From assembly GCA_934418295.1 (NCBI GenBank), contig CAKRWZ010000001.1, positions 1,611 to 65,610 of the forward strand: DNA of 64,000 bases. The letters are read 5' to 3'. Shown piece by piece: positions 19,276 to 28,185 of this stretch (position 1 is the first letter of the stretch; each line of letters starts with the position of its first letter). The notes beneath the pieces are model-generated. The model made no database searches. It was given only the letters and a program-made list of their open reading frames with translations, and was not told where the DNA came from. This DNA comes from an uncultured Mediterraneibacter sp. (GTDB taxonomy: Bacteria > Bacillota > Clostridia > Lachnospirales > Lachnospiraceae). The translations under genes were made by a program, and so were the position numbers.

Positions 19276-20619
19276 CTAGCGCTTATTGCTGCGTCTCCAA
19301 ATGTGCATTTTTTCTGCTTCTTTGATCAGATCATCACGGAAGTCCGGATGTGCAACGGAAATGATAGATTCTGTTTTCTGCCAGGTGGAAAGTCCTTTCA
19401 GATTTACCATACCATATTCTGTAACAAGATAATGGATATTTGCACGGGTATCTGTTACGATCGAGCCGTTATCCAGAGTCGGTTTGATTCTGGACTGAAG
19501 CACGCCGTCTTTTCCTTTAAATGTGGAAGAGAGGCAGATAAAGCTCTTACCGCCGTTGGAAAGGTATGCGCCCAATACAAAGTCAAGCTGTCCGCCTGCG
19601 CCACTGATATGTTTGATACCTGCTGACTCGGCATTTACCTGGCCAAACAAGTCAATATCAACGGCATTATTGATGGAGATGAAATTGTCCAATGCACTGA
19701 TGCTGCGGATATCGTTGGTATAGTCAACAGGGGCACTCATCATCTGCGGGTTGTCATCCAGGAAATCATACAATTTCTTTGTACCGGCTGCAAACGCGTA
19801 TGTCTGGCGATAACGATCCAGCTGTTTTTTGGAACCGTTGATCTTGCCGGCTTTTGAAATGTCTACAAATGCATCTACATACATTTCTGTATGGACACCA
19901 AGATCTTTCAGATCAGAGTCTGCGATCATACTTCCGACTGCGTTTGGCATACCGCCGATACCCAGCTGGAGACATGCACCGTTCGGGATTTCATTTACGA
20001 TGAGCTCTGCAACTGCTTTATCTACGTCAGAAGGAGCTCCGCCACCGCCAAGCTCGCCAAGTGCCGGATTTTCGCCCTCTACGATATAAGTAACGTCTGA
20101 GATATGTACCCCTGTCTCTGTGCCTCCGAGACAACGCGGCATCTTTTTATTGACCTCAACTACAATATGTTCTGCACGCTCACAAACAGCGTGTAAATGG
20201 GAAGCATTCGGTCCAAAGTTGAAATAACCGTGCTTGTCCATTGGTGCCACCTGGATCAATACCACACGGCTAGGAGTATCGATCTCTCTGCAATACCGAG
20301 GAAGCTCGGAATAGCGGATAGGAGAGTAGTAAGCGTATCCTTTATTAATCATGTGACGCTCTACACCGGACATATGCCAGGAATTCCATGTGAAATGCTC
20401 ATTGGCATCTTCACGCTCAAAAACAGCCGGAACTTTGAAAAGGATTCCGCCACGCAGTTTAACGTCTGTCAGCTCGTCTGTACGCTCTGCAAGTGCTTTA
20501 TCAAGAAGATCCGGGGTACCGGTACACCAACCGTAATCAACCCAATCTCCGGACTCTACAAGCTTTACAGCTTCCTGTGCAGATACTAATTTTTTCTTAT
20601 ATTCTTTTTTATAATTCAT
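19276..20619 (-). CDS. but: Butyryl-CoA:acetate CoA-transferase (acetyl-CoA hydrolase/transferase family)
   Basis: 447 aa. N-terminus [24 protein letters not shown] and the GGQLDF motif belong to the 4-hydroxybutyrate CoA-transferase family. Convergent with the butyryl-CoA operon. RBS AGGAGGA. Confidence 0.78.
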   Translation of the reverse strand: MNYKKEYKKKLVSAQEAVKLVESGDWVDYGWCTGTPDLLDKALAERTDELTDVKLRGGILFKVPAVFEREDANEHFTWNSWHMSGVERHMINKGYAYYSPIRYSELPRYCREIDTPSRVVLIQVAPMDKHGYFNFGPNASHLHAVCERAEHIVVEVNKKMPRCLGGTETGVHISDVTYIVEGENPALGELGGGGAPSDVDKAVAELIVNEIPNGACLQLGIGGMPNAVGSMIADSDLKDLGVHTEMYVDAFVDISKAGKINGSKKQLDRYRQTYAFAAGTKKLYDFLDDNPQMMSAPVDYTNDIRSISALDNFISINNAVDIDLFGQVNAESAGIKHISGAGGQLDFVLGAYLSNGGKSFICLSSTFKGKDGVLQSRIKPTLDNGSIVTDTRANIHYLVTEYGMVNLKGLSTWQKTESIISVAHPDFRDDLIKEAEKMHIWRRSNKR

Positions 20620-20730
20620 AATACAAGGTCCTCCTACTGGTAAATAATCTGCTTATAAAAAACAAGAAATCTATTCTTAATTTTAACATTTCAGCAATCG
20701 TAATACAAGTGCTTCCAAAAGGTTTCTTAC

Positions 20731-21348
20731 TTATTTAAAGAAACGGAAGACACCGATCACCTTGCCGATCACAGTAATATCCGTACCAATGATCGGATCC
20801 ATGTAATCGTTTTCCGGCTGCAGACGGATATAATTTTTTTCTCTATAGAAAGTTTTCACGGTAGCGCCGTCCTCGATCATCGCCACCACCATTTCTCCGT
20901 TAGAAGCAGTGTTTTCCTCCTGAACCAGGACATAATCTCCGCTGAGGATACCCGCATTGATCATACTTTCTCCTTTGACTTCCAAAAGAAAAGTCTGCTT
21001 ATTTGGAAGCATAGAGACCGGAACCGGAAAGTATTCTTCAATATTTTGCTCTGCCAGGATCGGTTCTCCGGCAGCCACGTGTCCTATGATCGGAACATTT
21101 GCCACTTCACGTCTTCCCAGGTTAAAATCTTCATCCAATATTTCGATCGTCCGTGGTTTCGTAGGATCTCTGTGGATGTATCCGTTTTTTTCAAGGGTTT
21201 CCAAGTGGGAGTGTACAGAAGAAGTAGATCTCAGATGAACTGCCTCGCATATTTCACGAACCGAGGGCGGAAATCCCCGTTCCAGTATCTGAGTCTTGAT
21301 ATAATCTAAAATTTCCTGCTGCTTTGCGCTGATTTTTCCTTTAGCCAT
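20731..21348 (-). CDS. lexA: LexA repressor
   Basis: Winged-HTH N-terminus (GFPPSVREICEAV), Ala-Gly cleavage site (HVAAGEP), and catalytic Ser (GESM) and Lys (VKTF). Confidence 0.95.
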   Translation of the reverse strand: MAKGKISAKQQEILDYIKTQILERGFPPSVREICEAVHLRSTSSVHSHLETLEKNGYIHRDPTKPRTIEILDEDFNLGRREVANVPIIGHVAAGEPILAEQNIEEYFPVPVSMLPNKQTFLLEVKGESMINAGILSGDYVLVQEENTASNGEMVVAMIEDGATVKTFYREKNYIRLQPENDYMDPIIGTDITVIGKVIGVFRFFK

Positions 21349-21452
21349 AATACTTTTTATCCGCCTTCCTGTTTTCGATGGGTGATCATTTTATCATCCT
21401 GATTTTTATTTAAATCTTATCATGCCTCGAAGAAAAAAGCAAACATTTGTTA

Positions 21453-21466
21453 CGAAAATATGTTCG
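21453..21466. promoter_or_regulatory. LexA operator (Cheo/SOS box)
   Basis: CGAAAATATGTTCG compared with the Firmicute consensus CGAAC-N4-GTTCG, one mismatch. Lies in the lexA upstream region. Confidence 0.6.
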
Positions 21467-21473
21467 AAAAACT

Positions 21474-21503
21474 GTTGACAAACATTTGTTCGTGTACTAT
21501 ACT
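21474..21503 (+). promoter_or_regulatory. Promoter of the yneA-like gene
   Basis: TTGACA at 21474-21479 with TACTAT/TATACT at 21495-21503. Interleaved with SOS boxes. Confidence 0.5.
21479..21492. promoter_or_regulatory. LexA operator (Cheo/SOS box)
   Basis: CAAACATTTGTTCG, one mismatch to the consensus. Sits between the -35 and -10 of the yneA-like promoter. Confidence 0.6.
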
Positions 21504-21514
21504 TGTAGTCAAGA

Positions 21515-21528
21515 AGAACACACGTTCT
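21515..21528. promoter_or_regulatory. LexA operator (Cheo/SOS box)
   Basis: AGAACACACGTTCT has a perfect GAAC-N4-GTTC core, just downstream of the predicted -10. Confidence 0.6.
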
Positions 21529-21557
21529 TTAGAAGGGGAATAAGGAGGATGCGTAAG

Positions 21558-21957
21558 ATGAATAAAAAAAGAATGAGATCAAATCAGAAAAGAAGGGCAA
21601 ATGCCCGTAAAAAAGCTTTCTTGTCTTTCCTGATTTTTACAGTGCTTTCCGGCTTTACAGGATATTTCAGCAACCTTCTCGCTTCAGCTCACGATGTAAA
21701 AGGAACTGCCGGAAACGAAGATCTGTATACAGCGTCTTCAGTACTGGTAAATAAACAAAAAAAAAACGGTTCCTCAGAAAACATATAAAACAATAGAGAT
21801 CAAAAAAGGAGACACTCTCTGGAGCATTGCAGAAACGTATATGCCGGAAGACTGTGAGTCTGTAGAGGTTTATATTGCAGAGCTTAGAAAATTAAACTCC
21901 CTGAAATCAGATGAGCTTTATTCCAGCCGCTATCTGATGGTTTCTTGTTTAGAATAA
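21558..21957 (+). pseudogene. YneA-like SOS cell-division inhibitor (TM helix plus LysM domain), interrupted by a frameshift in an A10 run
   Basis: The ORF starts at ATG 21558 (GGAGG 9 nt upstream), contains a TM segment (AFLSFLIFTVLSGFTGYF), and stops at 21786-21788. The +1 frame from the A-run (21757-21766) onward reads TVPQKTYKTIEIKKGDTLWSIAETYM...YIAELRKLNSLKSDELYSSRYLMV, which is a LysM domain, ending at TAA 21955-21957. That frame has no start codon of its own before the domain. Confidence 0.7.
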
Positions 21958-22050
21958 AGTTTTGTTAGAATTTGTTAGAATGGAAGTTTTATTATTTTAC
22001 TTGGTTATCTCTACATAGCAATATGTATGGATATATAACTCACCCATGAG

Positions 22051-22098
22051 AAAAGCAATAGTGTTTGAATCCCCGAACAGTATTGCTTTTTCTTTTTT
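22051..22098 (+). terminator. Rho-independent terminator after the yneA-like gene
   Basis: AAAAGCAATA ... TATTGCTTTT (10-bp stem, structured 20-nt loop) followed by TCTTTTTT. Confidence 0.6.
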
Positions 22099-22229
22099 AT
22101 TTATTCTTCCTGCAATTTATAGCTATACGACAAATACATATTTTTCCAAAAGATATAGACAAAAACACAGGAAACTGGTATACTTTTATCATAATAATAA
22201 AAATTTTGACTGAAGGATGTATTTTATAT

Positions 22230-23294
22230 ATGAAAAAAGATACTCAGACTTATCAGGAAGAAATTTATGTCAATTATACTTTGCGTCTGCGGGAAATTTT
22301 AAAAACCCTCCCTCCTTTTGCAAAAGATTATTTCCGTGCCATTGAACCGCGTACTTCAGCTAAGACCAGGATTTCCTATGCTTATGATATCCGGACTTTT
22401 TTTCGTTTTTTAATGGAAACAAATCCCGTTTATCATAACTATACCATTGACCAGTTCCGCCCACAGGATCTGGAAAAGCTGGATCCTATGGATATTGAGG
22501 AATATCTGGAATATCTGAAAGTTTATCAAAATGAGGATGAAAAACAGATCATAAACAGTGAAACCGGTCTTGCGCGCAAAATGTCTGCCCTCAGAAGCTT
22601 TTATCTGTATTATTACAAGCATCAGATCATCGAAAAAAATCCTTCTCTGTTGGTCGATATGCCCAAATTACACGAAAAATCCATCATCCGGCTGGATAAT
22701 GATGAGGTGGCACTTTTATTGGATTATGTGGAGAATTGCGGTTCCGAGCTGACCGGACAACGTAAGGTGTATTATGAGAAAACAAAGTATCGGGATATTG
22801 CGATCCTGACATTACTTTTGGGTACCGGAATCCGTGTTTCAGAATGTGTCGGACTGGATCTTCAGGATGTTGATTTTAAAAATAACGGCATTCACGTCAT
22901 TCGAAAAGGCGGAAAAGAAATGACAGTTTATTTTGGAACTGAAGTCGAAAAAGCTTTGCGCAGTTACCTGGAGAATGATCGAAATCAGGCAGTCACTCTT
23001 CCCGGAAATGAAAATGCACTTTTTCTGTCTACCCAGCATAAGCGGATCGGTGTACAGGCCGTTGAAAATATGGTGAAAAAGTATGCCAAAGTAGTGACCC
23101 CGAACAAAAAAATCACCCCTCACAAACTGCGGAGCACCTACGGTACTGCACTGTATCGTGAAACGGGTGATATTTATCTTGTAGCAGATGTCTTAGGGCA
23201 TAATGACGTCAATACAACCAAGAAGCATTATGCTGCGATTGATGATGACAGACGCCGTTTGGCTGCCTCCGCAGTACATCTGCGAGAAGACTGA
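22230..23294 (+). CDS. Tyrosine site-specific recombinase, Xer family (XerS-like architecture)
   Basis: ATG at 22230 (355 aa). Catalytic-domain motifs GTGIRVSECVGL (Arg), HKLRST, LGHNDVNTTKKHY (His...Tyr). N-terminal SAM-like domain. Size and motif order resemble streptococcal XerS. Confidence 0.8.
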   Translation: MKKDTQTYQEEIYVNYTLRLREILKTLPPFAKDYFRAIEPRTSAKTRISYAYDIRTFFRFLMETNPVYHNYTIDQFRPQDLEKLDPMDIEEYLEYLKVYQNEDEKQIINSETGLARKMSALRSFYLYYYKHQIIEKNPSLLVDMPKLHEKSIIRLDNDEVALLLDYVENCGSELTGQRKVYYEKTKYRDIAILTLLLGTGIRVSECVGLDLQDVDFKNNGIHVIRKGGKEMTVYFGTEVEKALRSYLENDRNQAVTLPGNENALFLSTQHKRIGVQAVENMVKKYAKVVTPNKKITPHKLRSTYGTALYRETGDIYLVADVLGHNDVNTTKKHYAAIDDDRRRLAASAVHLRED

Positions 23295-23363
23295 GAAAAG
23301 AGCCACAGAATCTATTTATCGTATGACTGACAACTAAAAATGATCCACTGGATCTTTTTGGGG

Positions 23364-23888
23364 TCATATAAATGAAAGATTCATCAAATCAAAGGGGATC
23401 CATTCTCCTTTGATTTTTGTATATCCGGGATAAACCCCAATCTTCTGAAATCCGTATTTTTGATATAAGCGAATCGCACGCATGTTGTCGCTTCTGACTT
23501 CAAGGGAAATGATCTCAGCCTTTGCCTCCTGTCTGGCAAAGGAAATCACGGCTTCTGTAAGCAAACTGCCGATACCCTTTCCCCATTCTGACTTCTTGAC
23601 AGAAATGCTGAAACGGCCGCGATGGGCAGTCCGTTTTTTTGTCTCTCCGACATAAGAGGCTGTGCCGACGATGTTTCCGTTTTGCTCGGCCAAAAAAACA
23701 GCAGAAGTTTTTGAAGTCGAAATAAAGGTAAGATAACTTCTCTCCTCTTCTTCCGAAAAAGCGATTCCTTCCTCTCCGAAGGTAAAATTTTCCGTTTCGC
23801 TCCCGATGATCTGCAGATATTCCAAAATGCGGTCTGCATCTTCCGGGATGGCTCTTTTAATAGAAAGCTGATCTGTGTACATATTCAT
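23364..23888 (-). CDS. GNAT family N-acetyltransferase
   Basis: 174 aa. WGKGIGSLL (acetyl-CoA binding Q/RxxGxG/A) and RLYQKYGF motifs. Confidence 0.8.
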   Translation of the reverse strand: MNMYTDQLSIKRAIPEDADRILEYLQIIGSETENFTFGEEGIAFSEEEERSYLTFISTSKTSAVFLAEQNGNIVGTASYVGETKKRTAHRGRFSISVKKSEWGKGIGSLLTEAVISFARQEAKAEIISLEVRSDNMRAIRLYQKYGFQKIGVYPGYTKIKGEWIPFDLMNLSFI

Positions 23889-23889
23889 T

Positions 23890-24336
23890 TTAAAGTGTAT
23901 CTGAATCCAAAAGGATCGTAAAGGGTCCGTCGTTGATCAAGCTGACTTTCATATCCGCTCCAAATTCACCTTTTTCTACGATCGGAATCGTTTTTTTGCA
24001 CGCTTCAATGATATATTCATACAGCCGTTCTGCTTCATCCGGATCCCCTGCATCAATAAAGCTGGGACGATTTCCTTTTTTACAATTTGCATAAAGGGTA
24101 AACTGGGAGATCAAAAGCAGGCTGCCTCCTACATCGGCCAATGCCAGATTTGTCTTTCCGTTTTCATCTTCAAAAATACGCATTGCCGTCATTTTTCGGA
24201 TCATTTTATCCGCTGTCTCGGTGGTATCGTCTTTTGAAATCCCGATCAATGTCATAAATCCTTTCTGGATTTCCCCTATCGTTTTCCCGTCTACTGCTAC
24301 AGAAGCCTGCTGTACACGCTGTATTACAAATCTCAT
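23890..24336 (-). CDS. dtd: D-aminoacyl-tRNA deacylase
   Basis: MRFVIQRV...[11 protein letters not shown]...NDGPFT is the canonical Dtd sequence. Confidence 0.93.
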   Translation of the reverse strand: MRFVIQRVQQASVAVDGKTIGEIQKGFMTLIGISKDDTTETADKMIRKMTAMRIFEDENGKTNLALADVGGSLLLISQFTLYANCKKGNRPSFIDAGDPDEAERLYEYIIEACKKTIPIVEKGEFGADMKVSLINDGPFTILLDSDTL

Positions 24337-24440
24337 GATGTCTTATCCTCTGCTTTCTCTTCCGTTTTCCTGTTTTTTATTCCGCTTTGTTCTTCCGGCT
24401 ATTTATTTGATAACGAAGTAATATTTTATAAATATTATTT

Positions 24441-25088
24441 TTACAAACGCTGTCTTTTTACGGTCTCTTTTAATTTTACATAGTCGATGATCGCCTGGAC
24501 AGTTCCTTCGATCCCCATCGTTGAACTGCAAAGGCAGAGATCATAGCTGCCTGCATCAGACCATTTCTTATTGGTATAATAATTATAGTAATGTGCTCTT
24601 TTTTTGTCTGTTTTTATGATGATATCTTTTGCTTTTGTGTCTGTCAGGTCATGGATACGGGCGATGCGTCTTACCCTGGAATCCAAATCTGCATATATGA
24701 AAATGTTCAGCACATTCTCATAATTCTCCAGTGCATAATCCGCGCAACGTCCTACCAGAACGCACGGACCTTTATCGGCGATTTTCTGGATCGCACCAAA
24801 CTGAGCAAGAAAAATCTTATGGTTGATCGGCATATCCGAGAAAACGTTTCCGGAACACCCCATAGAATATGTATCCATCACCAGCGAGTACAAAAAACTG
24901 TTGGTTGGTTTTTCATCATGCGTCTCAAACAGTTCTTCGCAGATCCCGCTTTCTTTTGCGGCGACTGCCAACATTTCCTTATCGTAATACTCAATACCAA
25001 AATAATCTGCCAGTTTGGCTCCGATTTCACGTCCTCCACTTCCATATTGTCTTCCAATCGTGATAATTGTATTTGTTTTTCCAGCCAT
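24441..25088 (-). CDS. Cytidylate kinase-like family protein (P-loop)
   Basis: IITIGRQYGSGGREIG N-terminus is typical of the cytidylate-kinase-like 2 family. 215 aa. Confidence 0.7.
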   Translation of the reverse strand: MAGKTNTIITIGRQYGSGGREIGAKLADYFGIEYYDKEMLAVAAKESGICEELFETHDEKPTNSFLYSLVMDTYSMGCSGNVFSDMPINHKIFLAQFGAIQKIADKGPCVLVGRCADYALENYENVLNIFIYADLDSRVRRIARIHDLTDTKAKDIIIKTDKKRAHYYNYYTNKKWSDAGSYDLCLCSSTMGIEGTVQAIIDYVKLKETVKRQRL

Positions 25089-25217
25089 TTGATCACGCTC
25101 CTTAACTTTTCAATTTAAACAATCATTTTATATTATTATAAGGTAAATGTTTTAAATTTGCAATTTGTATTCTGACAAATCATGCCGTTTTGAATAAATT
25201 ATCTTTACTATTTAGAA

Positions 25218-26135
25218 TTATTTTTCAGGTAAAATTTGAAGTAATTTTTCAAAATATTCCGGCATAGGAGCCTGAAATTCCAGATATTTCCCTGTCCGCG
25301 GATGACAAAATCCAAGCGTTCTGGCATGCAGGGTCTGTCCCTGTAAAAATTTATACGGGCATTTTTCCGGTCCGTATACTTTATCTCCCAAAAGGGGATG
25401 GTTTATGCTGGCCATATGCACGCGGATCTGATGTGTACGTCCGGTCTCCAGCTCACATTCAATATAAGTAAAATCCCGGTAATTTTTTAGAACACGATAA
25501 TGCGTAACTGCCGGCTTTCCGTTTTTTGCATGGATACTCATTTTTTTTCGGTCTGTCGGATGGCGTCCGATGGCTGCGTTGATGGTTCCCTCTTCTTTTA
25601 AGGTTCCATATACAATAGCGCGGTATCTTCGTGTGATCGAATGTTCTTTCAGCTGCTCTGCCAGAGAACGATGTGCAAGATCGGTTTTACAGACGACTAA
25701 AGAGCCGGTCGTATCCATATCGATGCGGTGCACGATCCCCGGACGCAGGATTCCGTTGATCCCGGAAAGATTTCCTTTGCAATGATAGAGCAATGCATTC
25801 ACTAAAGTGTTGTTATAATGACCGGCTGCCGGATGGACGACCATTCCTTTCGGTTTGTTGACAACCAATAAATCTTCGTCTTCATACAAAATGTCCAAAG
25901 AAATATTTTCCGGTACAATAGATAGTATTTCCGGATCCGGAATACATACGTGTATTTCTTCGCCTTCTGTCAATTTATAATTCGCTTTTACAGATTTTCC
26001 GTTTACGAGAATGTTTCCGTCGCGGATCAGCTTTTGGATATAACTCCTGGAATTTCCCGCCAATTCATCAGCAAGCACTTTATCGATCCGAAGATCCTGC
26101 TGTTCATTTTGAACGTTTAACCGAAATTCTTCCAT
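25218..26135 (-). CDS. rluD: RluA-family 23S rRNA pseudouridine synthase (RluD-like)
   Basis: N-terminal S4 domain, HRIDMDTTG catalytic Asp motif, GRTHQIRVH. Follows lspA as in many Firmicutes. Confidence 0.9.
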   Translation of the reverse strand: MEEFRLNVQNEQQDLRIDKVLADELAGNSRSYIQKLIRDGNILVNGKSVKANYKLTEGEEIHVCIPDPEILSIVPENISLDILYEDEDLLVVNKPKGMVVHPAAGHYNNTLVNALLYHCKGNLSGINGILRPGIVHRIDMDTTGSLVVCKTDLAHRSLAEQLKEHSITRRYRAIVYGTLKEEGTINAAIGRHPTDRKKMSIHAKNGKPAVTHYRVLKNYRDFTYIECELETGRTHQIRVHMASINHPLLGDKVYGPEKCPYKFLQGQTLHARTLGFCHPRTGKYLEFQAPMPEYFEKLLQILPEK

Positions 26136-26161
26136 ATGATTTCTGCCCTTCCGCTGTTAGT

Positions 26162-26692
26162 TTATTTTTCTGTTTTTTTCGTTTTATTCGGGAAAAGATA
26201 TTCAAAATCAGCTTCTTTATAATAAAAAAGTACCAAAAGTAAGAAGACAAAGCATGCAACCACAACATAGATGTCTGCAACATTAAAAATCGGAAAATCG
26301 ATCCATTCAAAATAGAAAAAATCTATGACATATTTATGAGTGATTCGATCGATCAGATTTCCCAATGCGCCCGCACACCCCAAAACCATACAGATACGGA
26401 TCGGCAAAAAGCGGCGCGTCAGAGGAAATTTCCCGTAACAATAAGCAAGGAGCCCGGTGACAAGAAGTGCCCCCAGAACGAAAAAGATTACTTTATTCTG
26501 CAAAAGCCCGAAAGCTGCACCTCTGTTTTCTAAATAGTGCAGTTGAAAAACTCCTTTTATGATCACAAAAGATTCTTGGTTTTTCAAATGTTTCACCGCC
26601 AGATATTTGGTAAACTGATCTACTCCGATCCCGATCACCAAACAGAGTGACGCGTATATATAAGCTTTTAGAAAACCCGATTTCTTTTTCAT
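26162..26692 (-). CDS. lspA: Signal peptidase II (lipoprotein signal peptidase)
   Basis: Start at ATG 26692 (RBS AGGAAAGGAG). DQFTK, NRGAAFG and FNVAD motifs. Confidence 0.9.
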   Translation of the reverse strand: MKKKSGFLKAYIYASLCLVIGIGVDQFTKYLAVKHLKNQESFVIIKGVFQLHYLENRGAAFGLLQNKVIFFVLGALLVTGLLAYCYGKFPLTRRFLPIRICMVLGCAGALGNLIDRITHKYVIDFFYFEWIDFPIFNVADIYVVVACFVFLLLVLFYYKEADFEYLFPNKTKKTEK

Positions 26693-26777
26693 GGATTTGG
26701 CTCCTTTCCTTTTCCGGTGTTTCGTGTAAGTTTTTATAAAAGCAAATGATTTGCGCAAAATATATGTTAAAAAAGTT

Positions 26778-27569
26778 TTAGATATATTTGTGTAAAAGGA
26801 TCATATAACGATTCTTTTTGGTTTTGGTCAGGGTTTTTATATATCTGAATTTTCCCATTTTTCTGACAGAAATAATATCGTTTTCCCGTACTTGATACCC
26901 GTTGCTGGTAATCAATTTTCCGTTTACAAAAACGCGTGCCGCTTCTATCACAGAAGTCATTTTACTTCTGGAAACCGGAAAGGCAAGGGCCAGTAAACTG
27001 TCCAGGCGTATAGATGCTACGGTCCCCGTGATTTCTTCAAAGGAGGGCTGATATTCTTCCATCGAAAAATCTGCGGGTTCCACAGATACTTGTGTGTGTT
27101 TCACACGGGTCAGCTCTTTTTGAAGGAAATCCAAAAGAGATTCCTGCAAAAACAAAATTGCCTCCTGCTCTTGCAAAGATCCGCCGGACCCTTTTGCCGT
27201 ATTCGTGCCGACTAAGATATCTCCCACTTTATTTCGATTGATCCCCAGATTTAAAATTGCACCAAGATAGTCCCTGTGAGTCAGTTCTTCCGTGAATTTT
27301 TTGTTCAATGGTGCTATTTTTACCGGAATTAACGGATAATTTATCTCACAATAAAGAGCATCAGGGATAAATGCTGCCATCTGACGCTCTGATAATTCAT
27401 ATCCACCAAAAGTCTCGAATCTGGTGTACAGATCTGAATGGGGAATTGAATGCAAAATATTTAATTCATTCAGATTCATGAAATCTGAATATGTAACGAT
27501 TCCGCGGTAATATGCCTGAGAAGAAAACTCCTGCAGCCGCTTTTTTAGTAATTCTTCGTCCTTCTGCAT
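26778..27569 (-). CDS. ylmH: YlmH-like RNA-binding protein (S4 domain)
   Basis: 263 aa. C-terminal S4-like region (RLDSLLALAF..SRSK....I....V.VNG). Sits in the yggS-sepF-ylmH cluster. Confidence 0.75.
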   Translation of the reverse strand: MQKDEELLKKRLQEFSSQAYYRGIVTYSDFMNLNELNILHSIPHSDLYTRFETFGGYELSERQMAAFIPDALYCEINYPLIPVKIAPLNKKFTEELTHRDYLGAILNLGINRNKVGDILVGTNTAKGSGGSLQEQEAILFLQESLLDFLQKELTRVKHTQVSVEPADFSMEEYQPSFEEITGTVASIRLDSLLALAFPVSRSKMTSVIEAARVFVNGKLITSNGYQVRENDIISVRKMGKFRYIKTLTKTKKNRYMILLHKYI

Positions 27570-27589
27570 AAGGTACCTTTACGCTCTGT

Positions 27590-28141
27590 TTAGTAGTGAC
27601 TTTTCACGGAAGGCACGTCCATGGAATTTCCGAGAAGATCCTGCAGGTCTCCTGAAATGTCTACGTTAGTAGGCGTAACAAGGAAAATGTAATTTGAGAT
27701 CTTCTGAAGATTTCCGCTGATCGCAAATGCTGCACCGGATGTGAAATCAATGATCCGCTGCGCAACCTCCAGATCCAGACCTTCCAGATTCAGGATAACA
27801 GTTCTTCCGTCTAACAGAGTCTCTGTGATCTCTCTGGAGTCTTCTACTGTAGACGGTTTTACTACACAAACCTCCATGTTTGCACCGCCGCTTCTCGATC
27901 TGGCCGGTGTATGACGCATCGGAGTAATCTTTCCGGAAGTTCTTCCTGCCGGTCTTTCCGGTTCCAGTTCATCGTAATCGTCTACTACATCTTTGTCTTT
28001 TTTAAAGAAGTTTCTGCGCGCCGGTTTTGGCTCTTCCTCTTCGAAATCGTCATCATCGTAAAACGCATCATCTTCATAATCATCGTCATCATTCAGTTTC
28101 ATGATGTTAAGAAACTTATCGAACACACCCATATTATACAC
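27590..28141 (-). CDS. sepF: Cell division protein SepF
   Basis: N-terminal amphipathic helix MGVFDKFLNIMKL, acidic linker, and conserved C-terminal domain (VILNLEGLD...AQRIIDFTSGA). Confidence 0.9.
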   Translation of the reverse strand: MYNMGVFDKFLNIMKLNDDDDYEDDAFYDDDDFEEEEPKPARRNFFKKDKDVVDDYDELEPERPAGRTSGKITPMRHTPARSRSGGANMEVCVVKPSTVEDSREITETLLDGRTVILNLEGLDLEVAQRIIDFTSGAAFAISGNLQKISNYIFLVTPTNVDISGDLQDLLGNSMDVPSVKSHY

Positions 28142-28185
28142 TCCTGTCTCATCTTTTTTGTTTTCAAAACATGATGATTTTTATA

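Noticed and set aside
19052-19626. Plus-strand ORFs 19052-19267 (71 aa) and 19216-19626 (136 aa).
   Set aside because: The first runs through two terminator hairpins, and the second is antisense to but. Neither has an RBS or recognisable domains.
21961-21998. TTTGTTAGAA-TTTGTTAGAA-TGGAAG-TTTTATTATTT considered as a classical Bacillus-type dif site (ACTTCCTAGAA-TATATA-TTATGTAAACT).
   Set aside because: Only about 8 of 11 and 6 of 11 arm matches in AT-rich DNA, which is not distinguishable from chance. It is kept only as a noted tandem repeat within the XerS-like finding.
21958-23363. The recombinase as the edge of a prophage, ICE or genomic island.
   Set aside because: No phage, conjugation or cargo genes flank it, no tRNA target or direct repeats are visible, and the neighbours (lexA, GNAT, dtd) are housekeeping genes.
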